The translations under genes and the position numbers were made by a program. Shown piece by piece: positions 10,138 through 18,153 of a DNA stretch of 60,174 nt. Where the stretch lies: the sequence record DRR723986_566; one strand, written 5' to 3'. The notes under the pieces were generated by a model. It made no database searches. It saw nothing but the letters and a program-made list of their open reading frames with translations, and was not told the DNA's origin. Positions within the stretch are counted from its first letter, which is position 1, and each line of letters opens with the position of its first letter.

Positions 10138-10773
10138 GTGCTTGCGGTGAGGGAGAAAAGGCTGAGTGCGTTGATCAAAGATTTTACTCAGATTCTAAGC
10201 ATTGATTTGTTCAGGCAATTTTTTGGTGCTTGGCAAAAGTTACGTGTGGCCGATGCGCTACCAACCCGCAAGTCCGTCACCCTGCGCGACTTTGCGCCCT
10301 TCGCCGCGGATCTGGTTATTTATGAAATGCCCAAGCCGGGCTTTCTGCAATGCCGGCTTATGGGCAGCCAAGTGTCTGACAGGGTGCGCGTTGACAACAC
10401 CAATCTCAATTGGTTTGATTTCATTGCCCCAGATATGAGCGAAGCTAGCAAAACCTGGTGGGGCAATCTCTTTTCCACGCCCTGCGCGGGGGCTATACAG
10501 TTTTCCACTGGGCTTGCAAATGGCTCCAGCCGTATCAGTCAGGCGCTTTTGTTGCCGGTAACAGTCGGGCCGGACCAGGTGCACCTCATCGGGCTTATCA
10601 GCGCGTCCACCGTATATGCAACAGGTGCACCGCGCGACAGTATAATTTTATCGCAAGACTGTTTTCTAACCAAATATATTGATGTCGGCATGGGTGTGCC
10701 AGCCGGGTTGCCTGAAGTAGCGCACCATAAAAAACTGGATAGCGCGGTGGCGGCAACTATTTTCCCGGAATGA
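10138..10773 (+). CDS. Stand-alone PAS-like (PAS_5/DUF1457-type) protein; true start may be 10171
   Basis: W..LR...ALP.R, CRLMGS, LLLP pattern. Confidence 0.6.
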   Translation: MLAVREKRLSALIKDFTQILSIDLFRQFFGAWQKLRVADALPTRKSVTLRDFAPFAADLVIYEMPKPGFLQCRLMGSQVSDRVRVDNTNLNWFDFIAPDMSEASKTWWGNLFSTPCAGAIQFSTGLANGSSRISQALLLPVTVGPDQVHLIGLISASTVYATGAPRDSIILSQDCFLTKYIDVGMGVPAGLPEVAHHKKLDSAVAATIFPE

Positions 10774-10843
10774 ACCAAACCTACGAACCAGCGGTTACCC
10801 GCCACTAGGGTACCGTCGTTGTTGATATAATCAGGAGGCACGC

Positions 10844-12070
10844 ATGGATCGTCGCACGCTACTCAAATTGCTCTCTGCAACCGCCCTTGTGGGCTGTGCG
10901 CCGCAACAAGGCGCGGAACCCAAAAAGGCATTGCGCGTTGTTGTTGCGGGGGCGGGCATCGTTGGCGCGTCAATCGCTTATCACCTGGCGAAATCAGGGA
11001 CCAAAGTCACCGTAATTGACAAGGTTGGCCCAGCCTCACACGCCAGCCGCGGCACCTTTGCCTGGATTAACGCCACATGGGCCAAACAACCGCGCAGTTA
11101 TCACACCCTTAATCAGCAAAGCCTTTCCAATTGGCACAGCCTTGCAACCGAGCTGAACATTCCCATTCATTGGGGAGGCTCGATTGAGTGGTTTGACGGT
11201 GCCGCGCGCGAACAGAAGCTTATCGCTCAAATCGCCGAGCAAGCCGCATGGGGCGAAGACGCCCGCATGGTCGGTGTTGCTGAACTGGCCGAAATGGAGC
11301 CCGGCGTAAACTTCGGTGCTGCCACACAAGCTGCTTTTTCTGGCAATGACGGTGCAGTGGACCCTGTTGCCGCAACCAATGCCATGCTGGCCGCTGCGGC
11401 TAGCATGGGCGCTGTGGTTAAAGCCCCCTGCGCGCTTACCGGTACCGTTATGAAGCAAGGGCGGCTAGTGTCGGTTGAAACCAGCATGGGCAGCATTGAA
11501 GCAGACCGGCTTGTGCTGGCCACCGGCGCAGACCCTGATGCGCTCAAGCAGTTTGCCGATGTTGACGTGCCGCAGCGCACAACCCCCGGCATTATTGCCA
11601 TTACCAAGCCCTTGCCGCCCATGATAAACAGCATCATCGCCGCGCCCGGCGTTCACATGCACCAGCGCCCGGATGGCAGGGTTGTGGTCGGCGAGCAAGA
11701 CGGTGCGCCAGAAGGCGAGGCCCACGCCATGCGGCTGGAGGGCAGGCCCAATGATTACCCCGAACGCTGGATTGCAGAGGAGCACGCCGCGCGTATGTTT
11801 GCCGTGGGCGAAATATTTGCCCCCGCTATGGCAAATGCTGAGGTTGAAGATGTGTACATCGGCTGGCGGCCTTTGCCGCTAGACGGTCATCCGGTTATCG
11901 GTGCCGCGCCCAGGCGGCCTGATGTTTACATGGCAGTTATGCACAGCGGCGTGACCTTGGCACCCATTGTGGGCCAGTTGGCGGCACATGAAATACTGGG
12001 CGGTGAAAATGCCCCGAATTTGTCGGAATACCGGCCCGGCCGTAGCTTTGAACTGGTCAAGCGTTACTAA
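10844..12070 (+). CDS. FAD-dependent oxidoreductase (DAO family), Tat-lipoprotein
   Basis: DRRTLLK..LVGC signal; GAGIVG FAD motif; GWRP and HSGVTLAP. Confidence 0.9.
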   Translation: MDRRTLLKLLSATALVGCAPQQGAEPKKALRVVVAGAGIVGASIAYHLAKSGTKVTVIDKVGPASHASRGTFAWINATWAKQPRSYHTLNQQSLSNWHSLATELNIPIHWGGSIEWFDGAAREQKLIAQIAEQAAWGEDARMVGVAELAEMEPGVNFGAATQAAFSGNDGAVDPVAATNAMLAAAASMGAVVKAPCALTGTVMKQGRLVSVETSMGSIEADRLVLATGADPDALKQFADVDVPQRTTPGIIAITKPLPPMINSIIAAPGVHMHQRPDGRVVVGEQDGAPEGEAHAMRLEGRPNDYPERWIAEEHAARMFAVGEIFAPAMANAEVEDVYIGWRPLPLDGHPVIGAAPRRPDVYMAVMHSGVTLAPIVGQLAAHEILGGENAPNLSEYRPGRSFELVKRY

Positions 12071-12073
12071 ATA

Positions 12074-13138
12074 TTAAAATCCGGGTGGTGCGGCTAAGTC
12101 GCTGCGTTGCAGGGCCAGCACTTTAAACAGCGTGCCCATTTGGTCGGTGGCGGTTAGGCGCTTTAGGTCGCTTAATATGCTGGCTTGGAAGGCTTCGTCG
12201 CCTTGCCCTGCCAGCACTTGCGCGCGTGCACCTAGCCCAATTGCCATCAGGAACATGCCCTGCATGGCGGGGCCGTATGCGCTTAAGCCTTTTTCGCTGG
12301 CGGCAATCTTTAGCATGTCGAAGTTCACATGGGCGGTCAGGTCGGCTTCGCCCGGCGCACTAAACGGGTCGGTAAAGGCGTGGTTTTGCATCGCCTGAAA
12401 GGTGTCGCCCGCTGCCGCCTTGCGGTAGCCATAGTCAACCACCAAGGCCGCACCGCCGTGGGTGCCTAGCCGCTCGGCAATGTCGCCCACAACCGTCAGG
12501 GCGGCGGGGCATACTTCAGCAATGCTGCCTTCCGGCCCGGCCTTAATGGCATCGCCCAAAAGCGCAAACTGCGGCCCGCACGGCCCGCCGACCAGCGCTA
12601 AGCTGTCGTCTACAACACCCACCATGCGCTCCAACCATTTGCCGCCGGTTTTTTCAAACTGGTGGATGGGCAGGGCATCAAAAAACTCATTGGCGATGAT
12701 GAGAGATGGCCCCTGTGGCACAGCTGCCAGCGTGTCATGCCAGTTTGCGTTTGGCACTCGCTTGGCCTGCTCGGCGCGCAACTGTTTGCTGGCCTCAACG
12801 AAATGCACCGTTATCGCGGCGCTGAAGTCTTCCACCGGTTCGGTCGCGCGCAGTATGTCCGCCATCAGGGTGCCGCGACCGGGGCCAAGCTCAATCAGGT
12901 TCACCGCCGTCGGTCTACCCATTTTAATCCAGCGCTCGGCTATCCACAGGCCAAGCATTTCGCCGAACATCTGGCTCACTTCCGGCGCGGTGGTGAAATC
13001 CCCTTCTGCGCCGAACACCGCCTGCCTTTGGTAATAGCCATGCTCCGGGTGCATCAGGCACTCGGCCATATAGGCCGCCAGTGTTATTGGCCCGGTCGCC
13101 TCAATGCGTTTTACCAATTGGTCCTTGAGGGGTGTCAT
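12074..13138 (-). CDS. SAM-dependent methyltransferase MidA/NDUFAF7 family
   Basis: GDFTTAPEVSQMFGE, ELGPGRGTL, ANEFFDALP, DLTAHVNF. Confidence 0.95.
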   Translation of the reverse strand: MTPLKDQLVKRIEATGPITLAAYMAECLMHPEHGYYQRQAVFGAEGDFTTAPEVSQMFGEMLGLWIAERWIKMGRPTAVNLIELGPGRGTLMADILRATEPVEDFSAAITVHFVEASKQLRAEQAKRVPNANWHDTLAAVPQGPSLIIANEFFDALPIHQFEKTGGKWLERMVGVVDDSLALVGGPCGPQFALLGDAIKAGPEGSIAEVCPAALTVVGDIAERLGTHGGAALVVDYGYRKAAAGDTFQAMQNHAFTDPFSAPGEADLTAHVNFDMLKIAASEKGLSAYGPAMQGMFLMAIGLGARAQVLAGQGDEAFQASILSDLKRLTATDQMGTLFKVLALQRSDLAAPPGF

Positions 13139-13968
13139 TTTTTGGCGTTAGCCCGCTTGGTCTTCACACCCCGGCTGATAAGCCATGCGGCAAACATAAA
13201 CATGGGGATGGTCAGCAGTTGCCCGCGAGAGAGGCCGATATCCATCAGGCCGATATGCGCGTCTGGCTCGCGGACAAATTCCACGAGGAAGCGCACAAGG
13301 CCGTAACCCGCGAAAAACACGCCTGCAATCACCCCCGGCGCTTCTTTGGCCAGCTTGGTTTTATGATACAGGAACATCAGCACTGCGAATAAAAGCAACC
13401 CCTCGCCCAGCGCTTCATATAGCTGGCTGGGGTGGCGCGGCTGTGCGGTTAGGTCGCCGGGGAAAACCATGCCCCACGACACATCGGTAGGGCGGCCCCA
13501 CAGTTCGCCGTTGATGAAGTTGGTAATGCGCACCAGCCCAATGCCCACCGGGCTTACCAGCGCGAACACATCCGCCAGGCGCATCAGGTCCAGCTTGTTT
13601 TTGCGGGCAAACCAAATGATGGTGAGCACAACGCCGATCAGGCCGCCGTGGAACGACATGCCACCGTCCCACACCCGGAAAATGGCCAGCGGTTCGGCCA
13701 TATAGGCGGTGAAATTATAGAACAAAACATAGCCCAATCGCCCGCCAATAATAATCGCCAGCATGGCATAGGTGATGAAATCATCAATATGCGCTTGGCT
13801 CATCGGTGCGCCGGGCTTTTTGATCAACCGCCGCACATACCACCAAACAAACAGCAGCCCCGCGATGTAACCCAGCGAATACCAGCGAATGGCGAGCGGC
13901 CCCAGTTGCAGGGCAACGGGGTCAAAACGGGGCAGATTAATTACGCTGGCGGATAATAGTTCTAACAC
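13135..13968 (-). CDS. lgt: Prolipoprotein diacylglyceryl transferase
   Basis: GGRLGYVLFY, GGMSFHGG, NFINGELWGR, HPSQLYE. Confidence 0.98.
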   Translation of the reverse strand: MLELLSASVINLPRFDPVALQLGPLAIRWYSLGYIAGLLFVWWYVRRLIKKPGAPMSQAHIDDFITYAMLAIIIGGRLGYVLFYNFTAYMAEPLAIFRVWDGGMSFHGGLIGVVLTIIWFARKNKLDLMRLADVFALVSPVGIGLVRITNFINGELWGRPTDVSWGMVFPGDLTAQPRHPSQLYEALGEGLLLFAVLMFLYHKTKLAKEAPGVIAGVFFAGYGLVRFLVEFVREPDAHIGLMDIGLSRGQLLTIPMFMFAAWLISRGVKTKRANAKK

Positions 13969-14218
13969 GAAGGGCAGCTCCTAAACTCACTATTGATTGG
14001 TTCGGGGCCATCATAGGCGATGGGATGGGTGTGTCTAGGTGGAGAATTGCCTGCTTGCTAACCAATCGCTTGCAAACTTGTTCCCTTGACACTGACAGCA
14101 ACCTTCTTGTTATTTTGATGTATGCAGTATGAAAGTTCACTTCTAGGTGATTTTAAAATGTACAAGATTGAACCAAAAACCAGCAGTAAACCGTGATTGA
14201 GTTGGGGAGCGAGTGATT

Positions 14219-14875
14219 ATGAAGTACATAATAGCCTTGGCCGTGGTTCTGGGCGTAGGAGCATTGGTTATGCAGGCACGAAAACCCCATGCTCATGAAG
14301 AATTGCAGCCTGATTTGACTCAAGACACCCAGTATAAAAAGTTCAATTGGTCGCAAGGCACTCTGATTGTTCCCAGAGAAGGAATTTTTGCATCATACAA
14401 GCCACCCTTTGGCGATGAACAAACTATCTTTTCTCTAATATACAAGACGGAATGGAATGAGCAGGAAGTCAGTTTTCAGCTCTTTGGTGACCAATATCAC
14501 ATTGATCAATCGGCATTTGATTTTTTGAATGACTTTGAACCCATAACAAACGCAGATCTGCCTGAATTTAAACATCTGAAACTATATGACAAAACACAAT
14601 TTGAGTCGCTGTTACTTCAAGAGACTGGCCCCGCAGGTAGTAACGCTTTTTTCAGTAGAGAGGGTTACTTTATGGCCTACATGTCTAAACGCCCGTACCC
14701 GGTTATATATTCGCCTGTTTTTAGAAAAATATTCGTAATCGTTATACGTGCAGATGTTCTCTATTCCATCGTTCAGATGCCAGTAGAATTGGAGCCTGAT
14801 TTACCCAATATCCTGGCTCACATCGACTCCCTGATTGAAGGATGGAAACGCGAGGGGGAAGCAGATGTCAAGTAA
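14219..14875 (+). CDS. Hypothetical exported/anchored protein, AT-rich
   Basis: N-terminal hydrophobic segment MKYIIALAVVLGVGALV; GGGGAG SD; no recognised motif. Confidence 0.7.
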   Translation: MKYIIALAVVLGVGALVMQARKPHAHEELQPDLTQDTQYKKFNWSQGTLIVPREGIFASYKPPFGDEQTIFSLIYKTEWNEQEVSFQLFGDQYHIDQSAFDFLNDFEPITNADLPEFKHLKLYDKTQFESLLLQETGPAGSNAFFSREGYFMAYMSKRPYPVIYSPVFRKIFVIVIRADVLYSIVQMPVELEPDLPNILAHIDSLIEGWKREGEADVK

Positions 14876-14893
14876 ACTATCTGCGTACAGCTC

Positions 14894-15406
14894 ATGACAA
14901 AATATATAGCGCTTCTTCATGCCGTGAATGTTGGCGGCACTGGTAAATTGCCGATGACCGAGCTTAAGGCTTTGTGCGACGGCCTTGGGTTCGAGGGTGC
15001 GCGCACCTATATCGCCAGCGGCAATGTGGTGTTCAAGTCAGAAAAGCCCGCCGCAGAGGTAAAAGCCGCACTGGAACAAGCGCTTGAGGGCCATATGGGC
15101 AAAGCGGTGAGGGTGCAGGTGCGAACGCAAAGCGAGATGCAAGCTGTGCTGGAAGCCAACCCGTTTCCGGGGCGCGAGGGCAGCCGCACGCTGACGCTGT
15201 TTGTGAACAGCCCGCCCCCTGCCGACACACCCACCACTGCCACCGGGCAGGGCAATGAGGAAATCATTTTAGGTACTCGTGAGGTGTATATCTATTACCC
15301 CGACGGTATGGGTCGCTCCAAGCTCAAGCTGCCGATTATCAAGACCGGCACCGCCCGCAACATCAACACAGTCGCCAAGCTGGCCGCCATGGCCTCTGAG
15401 CTTTAA
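14894..15406 (+). CDS. DUF1697 family protein
   Basis: YIALLHAVNVGG, TYIASGNVVF, TARNINT. Confidence 0.9.
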   Translation: MTKYIALLHAVNVGGTGKLPMTELKALCDGLGFEGARTYIASGNVVFKSEKPAAEVKAALEQALEGHMGKAVRVQVRTQSEMQAVLEANPFPGREGSRTLTLFVNSPPPADTPTTATGQGNEEIILGTREVYIYYPDGMGRSKLKLPIIKTGTARNINTVAKLAAMASEL

Positions 15407-15414
15407 TCAGGCAA

Positions 15415-15738
15415 TCATTTCGGGGCTTTTTTCGCTGCGCCATGCGCCCACGCCATTTCAAGCGCAGCGCGCAGTTCGTCTGTGCTGAGTTCGGCCAAAA
15501 CCATGGTGGTCCAGCCCATAGTGCCCCAGCCGCCGCTCACGGGTGCGAAGCCTTTCGGGTGGGTTAGGCATTTCAGCTTTTGCTCATCGGGTAACAGCTT
15601 CAGGTTAGCGGTGAGGCCGTCGGCGGCCAGCGTCACGTATATGCGGCGCACCTTGAAAGCGGTGCGGTCCATATGCGGATTTGCGACCGTACCCTCAAGC
15701 GACAGGGCGATTTCGGTGAGATCATCAGCGGTGGCCAT
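15415..15738 (-). CDS. MmcQ/YjbR family protein
   Basis: IALSLEG...HMDRTAFKVR, GWGTMGWT, LEMAW. Confidence 0.8.
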   Translation of the reverse strand: MATADDLTEIALSLEGTVANPHMDRTAFKVRRIYVTLAADGLTANLKLLPDEQKLKCLTHPKGFAPVSGGWGTMGWTTMVLAELSTDELRAALEMAWAHGAAKKAPK

Positions 15739-15842
15739 GTAAACCCTCCTGTTACGCTGTGTTTAAGAGTGCGGCAGTTCGTCCATTGCATTTGTCCGCC
15801 GATTAGACCATATGGTAACAAGCAACTATAGGAGCGCGTGAA

Positions 15843-16085
15843 ATGCAGACCAACAATAAATTTATGGACGATATGGCAAAACTGGCCACGGGTGCTGTTG
15901 GCGCGGCGCATAGTGTTAAAGGCGAAATGGAGGGCGTTTTCAAAGCGTGGCTGGACAAGCAACTGGCGGGCCTTGATTTGGTGAGCCGGGAAGAGTTTGA
16001 AACCGTTCGCGACATGGCCGAAAAAGCCCGCATGGAAAATGAAGACCTACGCGCGGAAATTGAAACGCTAAAATCCAAAAGCTGA
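15843..16085 (+). CDS. ubiK: Ubiquinone accessory factor UbiK (BMFP family)
   Basis: LDLVSREEFE motif and C-terminal coiled coil; divergent from lgt. Confidence 0.9.
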   Translation: MQTNNKFMDDMAKLATGAVGAAHSVKGEMEGVFKAWLDKQLAGLDLVSREEFETVRDMAEKARMENEDLRAEIETLKSKS

Positions 16086-16307
16086 AATCCAAATAAATTC
16101 ATTTGCAGCTAACCTCTGAGTATGCCCCCGAAGTGCATCAAATTATGGGCTGTTAAATTCTAAAAACGCCGAGTTTTTTCCTAATTTTGGTCAGTCAGGC
16201 TCAATTTTTTGGCGGGTAGCGCCGCCCTGAGCAATGCGCGAATAAGCCCGCTCAAGCTGCTGAAAAAGCGCCCGAAAAACCCGCCGTTCAAGCATCACTT
16301 TAAAAAG

Positions 16308-16316
16308 TTATCCACA
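16308..16316 (+). promoter_or_regulatory. DnaA box
   Basis: Perfect TTATCCACA. Confidence 0.65.
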
Positions 16317-16379
16317 GAAAAGTTACGGTTTATTGCCAAAAAACGTAATTCCCGCTTGCATGGTTGGGCGGGGTTTGGC

Positions 16380-16426
16380 ACGCTACATTTAGTGTTTAGT
16401 CATACGAAAGGATCCAGATTTCGTGT
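16380..16426. promoter_or_regulatory. Tandem NrdR-like boxes
   Basis: ACGCTACATTTAGTGT (16380-95) and GATCCAGATTTCGTGT (16411-26), 31 bp apart; consensus acaCwAtATaTwGtgt. Confidence 0.7.
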
Positions 16427-16510
16427 ATCTGGCAAATCAAGACTAAGACTTAAACCGGCAATTCATCCGTCGGTTTTTAGTCCGGCGGGCCGTCTCAAAG
16501 GGGAACCGAG

Positions 16511-17023
16511 ATGACCACATTAAGCACCGGACATTCAGAAATTCTGAATAACAATCCAGTAGACATGGCAGAAGAGCTTGCAGGCGCGAACGAGTGGGCT
16601 GTTGAGCGCCACGGCGACGACGAGCTTACCATGTTTATCAGTGGCCAATATACCGACCTGCAGTTTCGGGTTTTCTGGCGCGACGACTTTAAAACCCTGC
16701 AATTTGCCTGCATGTTTGACCTGAAGGTTCCCGAGGGCAAGCGCGGCGATATTTACGAATCTATTGGCCTGATCAATGAACGCATGTGGATTGGCCATTT
16801 TGAGTTTTGGGCCGAAGAGGGCGCGCTGCTGTACCGCCACGCCAGCCTTGCGAATGACCCGCTTTTGGGTGCCATCGGCGAAGACCATATCATCACCATG
16901 ATTGAAACCGCGCTGGGGGAATGCGAACGCTTTTACCCGGTGTTCCAGTTTGTTATGTGGGGCGGCCAGTCGCCCAGCCAGGCCATTGAAAGCGCCATGC
17001 TGGAGTGCGCCGGAACCGCCTAA
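16511..17023 (+). CDS. YbjN-domain protein
   Basis: NPVD..E, INERMWIGHFEFW, ECERFYPVFQFV; typical alphaproteobacterial neighbour of proC. Confidence 0.85.
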   Translation: MTTLSTGHSEILNNNPVDMAEELAGANEWAVERHGDDELTMFISGQYTDLQFRVFWRDDFKTLQFACMFDLKVPEGKRGDIYESIGLINERMWIGHFEFWAEEGALLYRHASLANDPLLGAIGEDHIITMIETALGECERFYPVFQFVMWGGQSPSQAIESAMLECAGTA

Positions 17024-17131
17024 ACCCATAGCCGCCAGCACGAGCATGATTGCCGAAAATAACGGGCGGGGCTATGCTCCGCCTTATTGTTTCGCAGTCT
17101 TTTATCGCAGTCGCCCGTATTAGGACTTTTC

Positions 17132-17971
17132 ATGACAGACCTTTCACAGTTCACCCCCCATACCCCGCTGGTGCTGGTGGGATGCGGCAACATGGGCCAG
17201 GCGTTGGTGCGCGGCTGGCTCACTGCGGGCCTAGACCCGGCTGCGCTCACCATCATTGACCCGGCCGCCAATGTGGTTGACCTGCCCGAATTCGCCGGTG
17301 CGGTGTTTGTTGCCAGCGCGCAAGACATGCCTTCGGGCGCAACAGCGCGGCTATTGCTGCTGGCGGTAAAGCCGCAGGTGATGAATGATGTGCTGGCAGC
17401 TGTGTCTGCCGCGGTGGGCGCAGGCACGGTGGTTGTCTCGGTCGCGGCGGGGGTGACACTGGCGCAAATGCGGCGCGGTTTGCCCGCATGCCAGTTGGTG
17501 CGCGCCATGCCCAACACGCCTGCTGCCGTGGGCGCGGGGGTAACCGGCTTGGCCGCTGATGCAAATGTTGCTGAGGGCGATAGGGCGCTGACAGACGCCG
17601 TGATGAAGGCGGCGGGCAAAACCGTTTGGCTTGCCGATGAAGCGCTCATCGATGCGGTCACCGCCACGTCCGGCTCCGGCCCGGCCTATGTGTTCCATAT
17701 GGTTGAGGCGCTTGCGGCGGCGGCAGTTGAGGCTGGCCTGCCGGAGGTTGAGGCCGAAGTGCTGGCGCGCCAAACCATCGTGGGCGCCGCGCGCCTGCTG
17801 GATGTGAACAATGACGTAAGCGCCGGTATTTTGCGTGAGCGCGTCACCAGCCCCGGCGGCACCACCGACGCCGCCCTTGAGGTGCTAATGAACCCGCAAG
17901 ACGGCCTAACCGACCTGATGACCCGCGCCGTGGAAGCCGCAAAAAAACGCGGGGCAGAGCTGGCTGATTGA
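17132..17971 (+). CDS. proC: Pyrroline-5-carboxylate reductase
   Basis: GCGNMG, LAVKPQ, RAMPNTP, SGSGPAY, VTSPGGTT. Confidence 0.97.
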   Translation: MTDLSQFTPHTPLVLVGCGNMGQALVRGWLTAGLDPAALTIIDPAANVVDLPEFAGAVFVASAQDMPSGATARLLLLAVKPQVMNDVLAAVSAAVGAGTVVVSVAAGVTLAQMRRGLPACQLVRAMPNTPAAVGAGVTGLAADANVAEGDRALTDAVMKAAGKTVWLADEALIDAVTATSGSGPAYVFHMVEALAAAAVEAGLPEVEAEVLARQTIVGAARLLDVNNDVSAGILRERVTSPGGTTDAALEVLMNPQDGLTDLMTRAVEAAKKRGAELAD

Positions 17972-18153
17972 TTGACAAAGACCGCACTCCATATTTCGGA
18001 CTGTAGTCGTTAAAACTTGAAGACCTTGAACTGTTTTAAGCGCTGTAGGCACGGTGAGATATCGGCGTTGACTATTTTCTTTTTCAATCCAAAGCGTATA
18101 GAGTAAAATTCTACGGTAACTTACTAAGAGCCTGAATTGTTTTTGAAAATAAT

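Noticed and set aside
12462-13306. Long antisense ORFs (190 and 214 aa), and similar ones over ahpC, carB and ybjN
   Set aside because: Typical antisense shadows of GC-rich coding genes; no motifs or SD
16308-16316. Replication origin suggested by the DnaA box
   Set aside because: Only one clear box and no oriC-type gene context
16209-16514. 101-aa ORF upstream of ybjN
   Set aside because: TTG start without SD, no motif, overlies regulatory sites
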